DNA of 64,000 nucleotides from Raillietiella orientalis (GCA_036172245.1 JAYWIR010000088.1:186001-250000); one strand, 5' to 3'. Counted from the first letter of the stretch, positions 37,152 through 51,100 are shown. Notes: generated from the letters alone by a model not told the origin. Numbers and translations are program-made.

Positions 37152-37710
37152 TTAAATATATTCTTTTATTTCATCATTTTGTGCGATAGTAAATTCTGTT
37201 TCCTTTTTAGCGTTGTCATGTATGAAATGTACGATCCATCTGTCACTGCTCGTCTTTTGGTAATTAGGATCCATGTTGGCCATGATGATCATGTGTGGTG
37301 GCTTGAAAAACTTGATGTAGCCTTGGTACTTTGTACAGCATACTATGCCGTTCTTCAATGATTCTATGAGGCTGTAATTGATGTGCTCCTGCACATTTTT
37401 TGTTAGGTCCATTATAATAATTTTTTGCTCATCTAGATGTATGCAGCGTCTGACTTTTTGCAATTTGTCAAGTACATGGCATCATATTCCATAAATATGT
37501 TTTGCCATTGTTGTTTTTCCTGAGTTTCCCTGGTAGTCGTACCAGTGAATGTCTCGTTCGTTGGCTTCGTCCTGAATTATTATGGGTAGTTGCCAATCTT
37601 TCCTTGGATTGGATCAATGTTTTGTGTGGTCAGGCAAATGGAGTCTTGTATAAATTGTTTGTTCTTCGCGTGTATTTCAGGACGATGTTTCGAAATCCAT
37701 TTTTCTTATT
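37152..37710 (-). pseudogene. rep: Endogenous CRESS-DNA virus Rep remnant 3 (SF3 helicase half)
   Basis: RDIHWYDYQGNSGKTTMAK, IIIMDLTK, NYSLIESLKNGIVCCTKYQG, PPHMIIMANMDPNYQKTSSDRW. Confidence 0.9.
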
Positions 37711-38427
37711 CTGCCTTCCAGGGGGCACGTTTTCGTTGGGGGAAGGTATTTCCCGGACTTTCATATCACGCCCTATGCCCTACTCAGCTTACGGCGGGAA
37801 GGGCGGAACCGTCTCCCCGAGGGAGAACTGTGAGCCTTCCCCCATCTTCTCTGTCAGAACCAGCGCCGTTGTTTGCTAGCAGGGATACTTCCCTGTGGAC
37901 CGCTTCGTCATGGCGCGCGGACGTTTGTTCTGGTTCCCGTGTAGAAGGCGCCGCTTCGCCTCAACCTCGACAAAGCGATTCTTTCGCTGTGGGTCTGTGT
38001 ATACCGTTCCCAGCGGCTCTCGCGGCCGCGCGCGTCATCCGACCCGGCAACAGGAACCAACAAGAGCAACCGCGTCGCAGCACGCCAGCATCCCTGCGAC
38101 TTCCCAGTTTATTCCGGTGGCGTGAATTGATTTTGTACTTTCATTTATACAAGAATTGGTCCATGTCACTGGTTTTCACTTTTCGGCTTAGTCTTCGGGC
38201 ATCGTGTCTTAAATTGTATGAGATTTCTCTCGACCATGTTCGCAAGACATCGCGGTAAGTCCAAGTGGGAATCCACAGCTTTTCATCCCAATTTCACTTC
38301 TCACAAATCCTTCGAGAACTTGCACAGCTGACATACCGTTTATTCCGTTCCGCATCTTCTGTCCTCTCATCACGATGCTGACGGTGATGAAGAGGGGGAT
38401 GGTACTGCGCACCATTCGGCTTTATCG

Positions 38428-39230
38428 GTTTGAACCCAGTTGAACCGGGACGTTTATTCGTGAAAACAAACCACAATATTGAAGGGAAATTCATCCCCTC
38501 AAGACACAAGAAACGCCCATGCAAAAAGTTCAGCCTGGAAGGACCACCGGCTCGCAGGCCGGCTTCCAAAAGAAGGGAACGTAGGGAGAGGGGTACAAAA
38601 TAAAACGAAACAGAAAAAAAAAACGGGAGGGTGGGGTCAGGGATCTTTGGCATTAAACGTTCCTCATCTTCGTAGAAGTGCTGTCTGACGTTGGCGACTT
38701 ACCTGGAGACCTTTCTGGGCAGATGAGGCCACCTGACGGCTGCCTTCATAAGGTTCGCGGCTATCCTGGCGGCGTCCATTCGCTGCGAGCTTCCTTGTAG
38801 CTTACGGCGGGCCGTTACTATGGCGCGGATGCAGCAGATTGTTGCGATCACAGCGCCCTTTTCCAGTCCGTCTTCGCTGAAGAAGCGTCGCAGCAGGCCG
38901 ATGGCAGTGTCCTGGGGACGACAAAGTGCCAAAGCAAGTCTTTACAATTCGGCTGTTTTGGGGAACGCCGCTGTTCCCTTCAAACATCCGTACCACGATT
39001 TTTTTTCTTCTTCGTCCGCATACTATCGCAGGTAAGTACGTGCAGTGCGGTTTCCATGAAACCACCGGTCTTGCACATCTCGTCCTGAACGTTGCCTGAC
39101 CAGCGCTTTGATCTCGTGCCGCTCGGCAGTTCCGTGATAAAGCATGAGCAAGTCAATCAGTGTCGGCTGCCAAGTCTCGTCCAGACCGTGGTTCCAACCT
39201 CCATCGGGTTCACCTGGAGACATCCGCAAC
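38428..39230 (-). mobile_element. 5'-truncated L1/Tx1-like copy
   Basis: Terminus AATAAACGTCCCGGTTCAACTGGGTTCAAA; C-terminal LLRRFFSED..ATICCIRAIV; 3'UTR similar to 35860-36070. Confidence 0.85.
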
Positions 39231-40559
39231 GGTCAGCGTCTGCAGAATAAACGTCTTCCTCGTCCCAATTCTCCGCGATAGCTTCTCGAATGTTTACTCT
39301 GGTGATCACACGCCAGCAGATGGATACCTGATGTTTCCAGAGCTCTCTGTACTTGTGCGTAAATCTTCCAACCATTTTTCTTGTGAAGCAAAAGTCTCAT
39401 CTTCTGTTGCAAACTGCTCTCACTCCCTGATGTTCGTCCTTGGCTTCTGGAAAATCCTTGGTTTCTAGAGGGATGCACAGGAAGTGTGGGATGACCATGG
39501 TCACTTCCTCTTTCCAATTCTCTTTACTATTTGGCACGAGTTTGAGTCGGTGTTTTTTCATCGAAAGCAAGCACTTTAGTGTTTGCTTTCTTTTCCAAGT
39601 AGGATCGATGTCTAATTACTGTCCGTGTTTGCCTATTAGAGCATGCATCAGGCCATTCGAGTGGTTTCGCAGCTACCAGGAGCCTCGTGGACACCACTTG
39701 TCCCATTAGTTAAGACCCAGGATTCGTCGCACGTCCTGGAGATCCACGGATCTCCGCAGGGACTTCATACCGGTTCCGCTTTGCTCTCGCCGTTGGTACA
39801 AGAGTTTCAATCTGACCCGCGGCTTCAACTGTTTCCACAATCACTTCCGCTGCACCTGCTCTACTTTTCTTGTCTGTTCGTCCAATTGGCTGAAGTTTGC
39901 CCTCCATTGTAAACAGTTTCGCTGACTTCGCGAATATTGGAGGATTCGACCGCACGGGCGACATTCTCGTACGACCTCAATTTTCCCCGATTGCAGCGTA
40001 TGAGCGACCACTCGATTTCTCGAAGGCGTAGTTCATGTTGCGGCATGTGGGGAGACGCAGCAAAGCGGAGACCGGAAATAACGGAGCACCCTGGCCTGCG
40101 AGCCGGATTTGCGAGATGGCGGGGTTTGTGCGAGGAGGTTGATGCCTGTGGTAGCAGCCGAGGAGCACCGCGTGGGTTCGCTGCGAGCGATGGCGGCTAC
40201 TCTCGACGAGCTGCTGCTCGCTGGCGGCAACCAGGGGCATCCAGGGCGCAGGGGAGAGAACTGCAGGAGACAGCCTTCGCCCACGCTGACTCTGCCGTCG
40301 TCTGTGCCGCCACTGTCGGCTGCCGCCATCTTGCAGCAGCTGTCTTCGTTGGAAACGCTGCTTCCGCATTCTCCGGGTGCAATGTCGGAAGCAGGCGCAT
40401 TCTGCACCGGCGCCGCTACCGCTGCCGCTCTCTGCAGCACCACACCGTGCTCAAAGCCACATGCCACACCCAGTTCGCATCAGGAATGCCTGGCGTCAGA
40501 GACGTTCAGTCGATGGTTGGTCTCCTCCCAGTGAGTTACATTGGCGACAGTTACGATGC

Positions 40560-40681
40560 AGGAACGGGTGTTCGATTTAAACCCGCTTGCGCCGGGACGT
40601 TTATTTTTCCAAATAAACTTGTCTACACTGTGACTGGACCAGTAGTCCAGCTACGTCCTAATAAAGGAACGGGTGTTCGAT
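40560..40681 (-). mobile_element. 88-bp 3'-end-only insertion (40577-40664) flanked by a 17-bp target-site duplication
   Basis: AGGAACGGGTGTTCGAT at 40560-40576 and 40665-40681; the interior carries the family AATAAA-hairpin end. Confidence 0.9.
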
Positions 40682-40999
40682 GACGGGCCGCTCTTCCAAG
40701 CTGTTCCTCCCGTCCTCGCATGGCGCGGGCTCCCATGCGTACATAATGCTGGTGGTCCCTCCGTTGCTGACACGCCATGGTGTACGGACAGATCCTACAT
40801 AGTCTTCGCTACCTGTCGACTACGACGAAGACGCCGCGGCGTCTTCGTCGTGAAGGTTTCTCACCCGTCTCTATGGCGCGCTTGTAGGTGTGCATTGTCG
40901 CGGGAACGCAGCATCTCGCATACTGGTTTCCGCTCCTTCGCCTCCTAAGTGCAAAAGGGTGCACCCGAGCACTTGTTTGCGTGTTCTTAGATGCAAGCA

Positions 41000-43950
41000 T
41001 CCTGAAAACCGCTCATCTTCGCACAAAGAAGAATTTTCTGATGACACTTAGTGCACAGAAGGATCTTATAACGGCGAAATTCTCATACTCGCTTCTCGAG
41101 GAAATGGTTGATGTTTGGTGTGCGTTTGCTCTCTCCGGGCACTCCAGCATAACAAAGATTTCTTGGACTTATCAACAGGTACGAAAAGCACTGGGATCAT
41201 TCCGAGTGCATGGGATTTGTCGACAGGCGGCGGCATCTGGACGAGGATGCCACTCGAGAAGGGGTACAAACCTTCGTGCGTGCGAGATGGAAACTTCGCG
41301 ACAGAACGGAAAACAAAAGGCAAACATGGCATTCTCGAAAAGGTTTATTCGTGTCATGTTATCGCCCCAAGCACTTTGCATCCTGCTTGTTCAGGTGGGA
41401 CTGGAGAGCTGATTGCATGGCTGTCATGCCCGAAGCCTGGCGAGCCACAGTAAAAGAACTCGAAAAGCAGAGACAATTCTACCTCCTACTGCTTATCTTG
41501 GATTCCAATCGGAAAGGAATACGGCCGTGGCTGCTGATGGGACTCGGGCAGGACAAAAATAGATCGTGATGGGTCCAAGTGGGAGTGTCGTCAGGCGCTC
41601 GTGAACGCTGTTGCCCTCAGCGTTCCACCTCGCACCTGTTGGGTGATATGTTTGCACAAATGTGTGCAGTCGCGCTAAGACTCCCATCCAAGAAACAACC
41701 CACGCGACATCCCTGAAAGCAACGCTCAACATTTTCGTTTCCTGTCTGTCCCCAATACTTATTCTGCTTTGGATTCCTCGAGGACGCGACGAGCAAGCAA
41801 CAGCGCCACGTCCATCATACCCTGGAGTTGTTGCAGAATGTGGGCTCAATGCAAATTATACTTTGGACTTGCGCGCCCATCTACTTACCCTGGTCAGCCA
41901 GGCGAGTTCCGCAACGATCTTGCTGACGACGAAAGATGAGTGTAGGTCGAACATGCAGTGTGCCACTCTGCGTCCGTCTCTATAAAGAGATACTCTGAAT
42001 GAACATTGCAAAAATTTTAAACACTGTTTCCCATACCGGAAACCTAAGCTGCAAAGACATGCTTCGCACTTGGTGACTGAAGGAAGCCAAGCAATACGGG
42101 GGGGGGGGACAAAACAACACGAATTTCTTGCTGAAGCTAATTGTTCGAAACGCCCATGCGAATGCGTAATTTGGGCCACTTCTGGGAGGACGGATGTGCA
42201 CCTTCGTGCTTGTCTGGAAGTAGAAGGCAAGCACGTAGGGGAAATTACCGAAGCTCTTGGGCTCTTCCTCTTCAGAGTGGGTCACCGTTGTCGACGCAGC
42301 CTGCCGCCTCAAAGCTGCATTCTCCATTCGTCCTACGATAGATTCCAATGCCGTGAAAATTGCTTTCCAGGTTTTCTCTCTAATGGAAACAATCAACACC
42401 TTCCATGGGTCAGCGGGTTCAAATGAGCGAAATACGGGACATGTGATCGCATCCGTGAGAAATGCCTTGGAGAAAGGGAAAGCAACCGATTTGAGTAACC
42501 TGCGGACTGATGAAACTTTTCCGCACCATCGCACTGCACTCCTTGACTGATGAAGAGCGCATCTGCAGACGGTCCTTCTTTTAGCGGTGCGAGGACGCCT
42601 CAGCCGATGGCTCCATTTCCTCGAGAGAGCGTGATTTCGGGTAAATCGACTGCCACACTCCAAATATCGAGATCGTTATCCGCCCTTACCTGAAATACGG
42701 CTTCTTAGATCTCAGGAAGATCGAGAAATTCCTTTTCCCGCGTTACATAGCTGCTTGGGTTCCCTTTTTGCATTCTGGATGAACCGTCCGGGTTTGTTTG
42801 ATGGTCGCTTCGCCAGGAGAGCATTGCCATATCTTCCAACCTTTTCCTTTGCTTGCAGAATGGAAGGCAAGCCGTGTTTCTATGTGATGCGACTTTCTTG
42901 TTCAAGGCGTTGCTGTACATACCATCTTGATACTCTTTCCTCAGAGCACCGCTGGTTCCTGCAGCTCCTTCCTGTTCACTCGGAACAGTCCTGCTTCTTC
43001 CGTGTTCTGCTTGACCTGAACTTTTGGCTTCTCCATGCCATCCTGCCTGCGTTGCTTCCGACCCTCCTTATGCTGCTCCCTATTGCGTTTCGCAATCTTA
43101 TTGGTTGGTATTCTGCTGCAGTTTAGCATCCATCTTCTCATGATCCCTCCTTGCATATCGGATGGCTTCTTCATCTCTCTTTTTGAATTTACGGCTCTCT
43201 GCCACAGTGAGTATTCTCTTGAACAGCCATGTGCTTTTGCGCGGCTTCCGGGGAGTTTCCCCAAACGACAGCGTGTCCTCGCTTTCGCTGCTGCCTCTGC
43301 GTTTAATTCAACTTGCTATTGTCCATCTGCTAAGTGAACCAATGGAGCCGTTTCGCCTTTGGTTCCATGCTGAAATGATCGCTGCCTGCAGGCGGCCACT
43401 GTACCGTTTTCTTCGGATGTTTTTGACAAGGAACGGTGGCAGCAGACGACTTTCCCAACAGTGACTGCGTATCTTCTGCCCGATTCCTAGCTTTGTGCTT
43501 CAGGGAATGGGTCTCCGCCTTCCTCATACACAGGGGCATTAACCTGGTCGACATGCCAATCGAAGCTGAACACAATTTTCAAATACGTCATCTCAGCCTG
43601 AATGTCATACACAAGTCATAAATTACTGCATCGATCTGCATCGCATGTACTGCACAGTCTCACGAACGTTGCATTCATCTTACCGATGCTCAGCTCTTCT
43701 TGTCGATCAGCTTTTCTGCTTTCGCAAGACAACCGGGTTCTCGAGTTGACAATTCTTCAGGATTATCCCTGAGGCAAGATACACGGGATGTGTTTAAAAT
43801 GGCAAGCGATAAGAATCGGTTTCCGTTTAGCTTGGGAAGCGAATCCGAGGTTGCGGATTTGCAAAGAAGCGAATTGCATCCGGATGATGTTCGCTATCTG
43901 CTACATTGTTCCCAACTCACAAACACCGCCCAAGAATGTGGGCCATCTAT
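41000..43950 (-). mobile_element. Highly decayed non-LTR ORF2 (endonuclease-linker-RT) of a more distant family
   Basis: STRL..GSDHF (endonuclease end, ~43370-43560), DAITCPVFRSFEPADPWK..IFTAL (RT domains 1-2, ~42330-42460), VAHCMFD (~41950). Confidence 0.5.
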
Positions 43951-45830
43951 CCAGCAGCCATACGGTGCTCCGATTTGCGTTTCACCGGCGAGCGAACGGT
44001 AAGCAGCACTGCTGGCTGGAGATCACGGTCGCCACCGTCCTCCCTGGTGCTGCACGAATTCGAGTGCTCGTCTCCGGCTAGCGTCGTTGGACGGTCGGCG
44101 GTGAGCTTTCGGTCCTTCGCGGCGTGCGCTGCGCGCCTCAGGGCCTTAGCCCGGCGCGCTACGGCTTCCGCGCGGGTGATGCGACGTGCGGCATTGATAT
44201 CAGACTCCGTTTCTGAGTCCGATTGAAGCGCCGGCGCTTCGCGACTCTCCTGCCGTGTCGATTCGGAAGTACTCACGGATGGTACCGCGGACACTTCCTT
44301 CTTCGCGGTCAACGGGGCATCGCTCCCGGTGATCGCAAGTTTCTCGCTATGAGCGGTCGCGGCGGTATCTTTTGCAGTAACAGAGGGAACCTTCGCGCGA
44401 GTTTTCTTCAACGCGCTGCTGTTCCGTGCCTTGCAATCGCTCTTGGATGGAGGTAGCGGAGAATTTTTGGGAGACTTTACGTTCCTCCCTTTTTCCAAAA
44501 CCGTCCACACTCCGCCCGTTACCTCGGTGCGTTCGGAGATCTTTGTCAGGAACGCCTCCGGGCTTTCCTCCCCAACCGCCTGGGGCGCCGCTTTCGCTGC
44601 AACCTTAAAAGGCGGCAAAGGCGCAGCCTTTGCGGCAGTGGGGAGATCGCTCCGCGTCTGCCTCGCTGGGGAGGATGCAGCTGGTTGCGGCGTGCTTTCA
44701 AGCAACGCACCGCTGCTTTCGCCGGCTTTTTTCGCCGGACCTCCAGTCGCCTTCGTGAGGTTTCCTACTGAAGCCTCCGAAATGGACAGAGGTTTCAAGG
44801 AGACGGTTACCACGCAATTTCCATTCGCGTGTCCTCCTTTCGCGCTGTCGCACGGTGCGACTGGTTTCACTGACCCCAGTCCGCGAGTAGTATTTCCGCG
44901 CTCAGCTACGGGGTCAGTGACGGTACGCGCGGAGTCCTCTAGTCCTCTTTTAATAGGCTTTCCTGCCGCGCGATTGCCCTTATTTCGTGCCCGGACTCCT
45001 TACAATAGCGGCACTTCCGAAAAGGGCATCCTTTACCCCGATGCCCTTCTTTGCCGCATTGCTGGCACGCTCGAGTTTTGCCAACGAACCACAGATGAAC
45101 GACCGTGCCGTTGACCTGTAGCGTGGCAGGCAGCGTGCGGCGGTTAGGAACGGTAACTCTAACCGCAGGAAATCCTGTGTGGACAGAGGGGAATTTTTTG
45201 TATACACTCCCCTTCCTCCACACCGCATGAACGCTGGCGAAATTCGCCAACGCGTCCAACGACTGTTTGTTGTTGATCTCCGGCTCGACGTCAGAAAGAA
45301 CAACCACAAAAGACTCGTCCATCGCGGAAGGAAAAACTTTTTCCCCGCAAATGGACAAAGGAGTGCGGAGGAGCCGCTGCAAAAGCTCAGCCTGCTTCCA
45401 TCGGAACTTTACATAGCCCAATGCTGGAACAGGCATGAGTGCTATGAGGTCCTCCTCCTGCACTCCCACACGGAAAAGTTCGTCCGCGAACTCTTCTCCA
45501 GCCTTGTCTACCCCACTTACATTGTAGCGAAGAGCAGGTTTGTAGCCCTGGGCTACATATGCCTGCATCTCCGCTTGGTCGGGGAGGCATCCTTGCACGG
45601 TCGCAGATGCAGCCACGTCCGCGAAGCTCCTGACCGGTGTCGCGGGGCTCGCACCGGCTGTCGTCATCGTTGCATCTGGGAGAAGTTCCTGAACCATTGG
45701 TTGTACGACTTCCAGGTTGTCTTGTACACTGCTCATCCTTAGGAGTGTGCAGCGGGACACACAAGCACAACCAAACAGCAGAGCAACGGAGAGACACGAA
45801 TTCACGTCCTACTTGCATGAAGGCGAATGT
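43947..45830 (-). mobile_element. Retrotransposon 5'UTR and ORF1 (RRM-like region, two CCHC-type knuckles, low-complexity tail; ATG ~45736; frameshift near 44950-45000)
   Basis: ORF 44939..45805 RSFADV..GYKPALRY..CQQCGKEGHRGKGCPFRKCRYCKESGH; A/K/P/S-rich ORF 43947..44870; GGACGTG at 45803-45809. Confidence 0.9.
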
Positions 45831-45845
45831 TGAAATTTTTTGAAA

Positions 45846-47490
45846 TTTTTTACCCGGTCACGGCGGGACGTTTATTGATGTAAACGAGCTAGAAACAGTT
45901 GTTTCGAGCCCTCCAGTATGAAGACATGCAGCGGAGATTCACCACTGGCACGCAGGCCGCGAAAACGGAAGAACACGGACGACTGACGGGAGTCCAAAAA
46001 CAATAACAAAACAAAACAAAGAAAAAAATAAAAAAAAAATAAAAAAAAAATTTAAACTGGAGGAGTGGGCCAAGGAACTTTGGGAAACTCAAAGGTTTCA
46101 GTACCAAAACCACTGCGGAGCATAGAGGGAAAAGGATGCGAGAACAAAAAAAATCAATTAAAAATAAAATGAGGGCGGATCACCGGGTTCGTCGTTCTAA
46201 GCCGTTTCTCATCCGGCGATGGATACCGGTTAGCTGCTCCGTTGTGTCTTCCCATAAATGTCGCCACCCAGCTGCCGACCTGATGAAATCTGCTGCCTTC
46301 CTGGTGACACAACATTGCTGTCCAGTGCTCTCCAGCACGTCTCGGACCGTGACGATGGCGCGGATGCAACCAACAGTGGAAATCGTCGCAGCCATCGAAA
46401 GTCGTTGTGGCTGGAAGAACCGTCGCAGCACTTCTCGAGCGGTGTCCCCCGGAAGCGGGAGAGCTGCTGCTAGCCTCCGCCAGAGTTCCTGGAGGGTACC
46501 GCAGTCCATAATAAGGTGCGGGAACGACTCCGTCGCCCTGCACCGGGCATAGTAGGGAGAAGCCACCCCACCGGAAGCTCGGTGGCGCCGCTCGTTGTAG
46601 CGCAAGCCCCAGTGCAAGAAGAGCAAGACGTCTTGCTTCCATGCAAGGGGAAACACCGAACCGTCCAAACACCAAGGAGGGATTGTAAGTTCCTCGGGGG
46701 CAACACCTAGTGCTTCTCCCCACCGAAGTAATCCCTTTAATGTTGCACGCGCACACAGGGGGGAAATCCATTGCTCAGCACACAGTGCGAGCATCCGGAA
46801 CTGCACTTGCGGTCCCATTCTCTCCATCGTAAGGATGCCAAGACCAGCATCCCGACGTGGAGCCGCGAGGTCTTTCAGGCGGATCCTGGATCGCGCCGCA
46901 TCCCTGAGTGCGATCCTTAGCTATCGATTTGACCACTCTCTGGCCGCATAGGGGCTGTCGAAGACAAAAAACAGGGGTCGGAGGAGGGGTGCCACGAAGC
47001 TGTTCTAAATAACCGCCCGTTCCGGCAAGGTAAACTTGCCGTTAATGAACGGGCTGGCGGCCAACTTTGCCCTATGATGGGAGTCCTTCCACGCCTTGGC
47101 CGCGCCGAGATCTACCAGCGGAACTCCAAGGTCCTTGAAATACCCTTCTGTTGGGATCCCCAGGCCGATCCACTCGGACTGCCCCACCCACGACGCGCCC
47201 ACAGGAACGACCACGCTCTTCTTTTTCACGCTCACATGTCCGAGCGTGGGAGTCTCTCGGGCGAGAAGTTCCGCGATTCTCCCGCGCTCATTGCACCCTC
47301 GCTTCCGGAAGCCATCTCCACCCATTCGCCGAGGGGAAGGATGTTCCTTGGCTTTGGGGACTTTCGTCCAGCCTTCTTGCTGGGTGCCGTGGAGATGGAG
47401 GCTGAGCTTCCGGCCTCTACCTCGGGGTGGGAAGTGGCTGACTTCTGAGGGGAAGCCGGACGCCTTACGGCCTTCTTGCCAGCCTTGAAA
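45846..47490 (-). mobile_element. 3' part of an internally deleted copy (ORF1 tail joined to post-RT region, zinc finger, 3' end)
   Basis: KKAVRRPASP (ORF1), then YFKDLGVPL, GLLRWGEAL..ESFPHLIMDC; terminus at 45846-45876. Confidence 0.85.
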
Positions 47491-47493
47491 GTT

Positions 47494-48110
47494 ATCACCC
47501 GGGTACGCCCGGAGCGTTTATTCAAAAACTCTACAAGAAAACGTGGTTTAAGACCCTACTAACGGCCACACAACATTGTACCTGCCGGGACGCCGGGACG
47601 CAGCCTGGCGGGACGATCCGCGGTAGTGGAGAAGGATGGGGAACAAAACAAAAAGAAAAATAAAAGAAATAAAGAAAAACAAAAAGTTTGGAGGGAAGGG
47701 AAGGGATTACGGTCCACTGGGAGGAGGTCCCATCCTTAGCAGGATGCCATCGAGGTCCATCCGGATTTCAACCAGCTGGGGCCATCCTGCAGCTCTTCTC
47801 AAGGAACGAGAAGCATACGGGATGACGTCCCTCTCGTAATGGCCATCTTTTTCGTCACGCATTTCGCTCCAAGCCGCCACGATTCCTCGGATGCAGCATA
47901 GGGCTGCGAGGGTAGCGGCAGGCTCCAGGGCGTCTTGCACGAAGAGTAGCCGAAGAACGTCTCTGGGGTTGCTGCCCACTGAGAGCCCGAGAGTCATCCC
48001 GAACCGTTCCCATAGGGGTTGGAGGGCAGGTGTGAGAAGCCATTCCCGCTCCCCACACCTGGCACACTCAGTCCTCACACTCCCCCGCACCAGGGGAGTG
48101 TAAGGCCTGA
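47494..48110 (-). mobile_element. 3' fragment of an L1/Tx1-like copy
   Basis: CARCGERE..ALCCIRGIV; terminus AATAAACGCTCCGGGCGTACCCGGGTG at 47496-47522. Confidence 0.88.
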
Positions 48111-51100
48111 GTTCCCATAGGCCCCGCTACGGCCAATATTTCATGGGACCTGCCAGGAAGCTGGTTCTGAGGCCAGTTTGTCCTCGGCAGCGGAGGGGAT
48201 AGGGGTAAAACAAAAAGAAAAAATAAAAATAACGAAAAAAAACTATTTGGAGGCCGGGAAGGGATCACAACCCGCTAGTGGAAGAGATTATCCTTTCCAG
48301 GATGCCCTCGAGGTCCCTCGTCATAGCTCCCAGATGGAACCAGTCGATCGCGATTTGCAGGTAGCGACCCGCGTGTACGATGGGGTCCCTGTCGCTGCTT
48401 CCTCTGTTGGCTGCGCTGCAGGCGGCCACAATCCCTCGGAGGCAGCAGAGCGTTGCCAGGGTTAAGGCTGGTGGCAGGGCGTCTCGCACGAAGAGGGGTC
48501 TCACAACGTCTCTGGGGGTACTGCCGACCGGCATAGGGAGGGTCGTAGCATAACGTTCCCACAAGGGCCGGAGGGCAGCGCAGTCCACTAACAGATGGGG
48601 GAGGGATTCCTTCTATCCGCACACTGCACAGTTCTGTCCCACATTCCCCAACGTCCAGTGGTGCGGCGCGCGTTGCAGGGAAGACCAAAGTGCAACAACA
48701 ACAGCGCCGTTTCCTGCACTTGAGGGGGAAGGTGGAAAAGTCTTTGAACAACGGGGGCCATTCTAGGTAATCCGCCGGGATGCGAAGCAGCTCGCCCCAG
48801 CTCTGTATTCCATGCTGGTGAACGTTTGGGGTTGCGGCGTCTGCCAGTTCTCTCATTGTCCACCCGCTTAGATCCTTCTCCTTGCCCACTATCCGGCAGG
48901 AGACTTGCCATCTCGGCTTCCGGCTGTTTTGAAGCGCCCTTTGTAGGAAGGACAGCGCCGTGGCCAGTGGGGTCGTCTCCGCCCAAGTGCTTCTGACGGG
49001 ACACACGATCATGTTCCGCAGCGTGCAGCGGGTGTAGATTCCGGTACGCAGGCCGTTGCAGGATTCTTCACTGATATTGTTTATCTTTGCCCACGTTCCA
49101 ACTGTTTCTTCCAGCCATGCGCTGGAAGGGCTGCAGGCCATCCACCCGTTCTCCTTTGCCAGGGTGGCCATGCGTCCCAGGAGAAGTCCGCATCTTTTTA
49201 TTTTCCGGCCGGGGCACAGAAGAAAAGACGCGAGTCCTTCAGTCCCGGACACACGTCTGGCGAGAAGGCGGGCCGGAACGCACCACGGGGTGTTCCACAT
49301 TTTCGCTGCGATGGCTAGAGTTCGGCATCGCAGCTGGATCTTCAAGCGCTCCAGCGTCAGGAGCCGAAGACCGCCGTGCCGACGTGGAGCGCAGAAATCC
49401 TTCAGAGGAACACGAGGCCTCCCGTTGCCCCAGGGGGCGATGCGGAGAAGATCCTTTGTCCTCTTTATTTCTTTGGGGGCGGGGCAAACAAAAAGCAAGG
49501 GGTGGAGGATGGGGACCGCAAAGAGGTTTCAAAGTGCGGCCCGTTCCGGAAAGTGAAACTTGCCTTCCAGGAACGCGCCGATCGCCGTCAAGACCATTTG
49601 GAGGCAGCTGGATCAAGCTTCCGCAAGGGAGTAGTACCCCAACGGCACACCAAGGTACTCGAAGCACCTCGCCGTCCGGATACCCAGACGGACCCAGTCC
49701 TGCTGCCCAGCCCACGCCGCTCCAACTGGCATCGCCGACGACTTCGCCCTGTTAACCTGAAGTCCGGTCCCACGGCTGAGGAGATCGAAGAAATCTCCGA
49801 CCGCCTTTGCCGGGGTGGACATAGGTAAGAGGAGCAGAAGATCGTCGGCATACGCTGCTACGGCGGGCGTGCCGGGGCACGAGCTCGGCAAGGGGGCCAA
49901 AGTCACCGTGTATGCTCCCAGCACCAACTCAAAGTAGGTGCTGAAGAGCAGGGGACTCAGTCTATCGCCCTGCCGTATGCCCCGCCGCACCGGCACGCCA
50001 TACACAGTTGGTTTACTGAAAGAGATACAGATAATCGCATTCCACCAGCAAGAGCGCAGGTAGGCAATCAAGGAGGGTGGGAAGCCCATGCTTCGAAGAG
50101 CTCTAATAGGAGTTCCTGGTCAACACAGTGGAACGCCTTAAGGAGATCGACTGCGAGCGCTAGGGCCCCCTTCCCCGCTTGGGATTCCCTTCCCTGCCCT
50201 GCTGGCGGCCCCAAAGTGGTGTTGCCGATTTTCTTTCTTTCTTTTCATATCTCTGCAAGTGCACCCATGTGCTTGCGAAGAAGAAGTTGGCATCCATACT
50301 TCGCCCGGGAACAGCATAAGTCTGTTCCGGGCTAATTACGGATTCTGCCACCTGCCCCAGACGCGAAGCCCATAGCCCTGCGATCAACTTGGCGTCCGTA
50401 TTCACGATCGTGATCGGACGCCAGTTCTTTAAATCCCTGAGGTCTCCCCCTTTCGGCAGGAGCCTCACTCTGGCTGACCGAAACGAGGCGGGAACATCGC
50501 CTTCGTCTCGGATCAGCCTGATCAACTTAAGCAGCAGGGGTGCCAGCTCTTCCGCGAAGCTCTGAAAGAACTCCGCGGGCAAGCCGTCTTCCCCTGGAGC
50601 TTTACGCCTCTTGAGCCTTTTGATACCGGCGAGAATTTCGCCGGTGGTAAAAGGCTCATCGAGGCTTAACGACTCCTCCTCCCCTATTGCCGGGGCACCA
50701 TCCGGAAGCAAGCGCCGAGAGGCATCTTGGTCCGGGGGCGCCCTGGCGTAAAGGGAGGAACAAAAAGTTCTCACGAGATGCCGTGCCGAGCCGGGGACGA
50801 ACATTCCCATCCCTGGTCGTCCAGCAATCTGGCCGACCCGGATTGCCAGGCTTGGTGTTCGGCCCCGGCGCGGTACTCGGCGAGGCGACGGACATTAGGG
50901 GTTCTCGTACCGACGGGGCTGTAAATAGGACCGATGGTTGCGAGGGCTCTCGCCAAATTCGGGGAGCAGGCGGTGGAAGGGGAACTGCTCGCAGAACTCC
51001 TGGACCGATTCCTTAAATAGGTCCCAGTGATGAAGATTCCGGAGCGTGACGTCTCAGGAGTTCGCGAAGGTGTTCCTTCGAACCTGAGAGTCGCGTGCAC

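Noticed and set aside
42257..42550. KDZ-type transposase motif (DAACRL...FH) on the + strand
   Set aside because: The opposite strand gives RT-like motifs colinear with an upstream endonuclease-like SDH, so this is likely a shadow ORF.
42505..42560. Hammerhead ribozyme (CTGATGA cores)
   Set aside because: No compatible stems and GAAA arrangement found.
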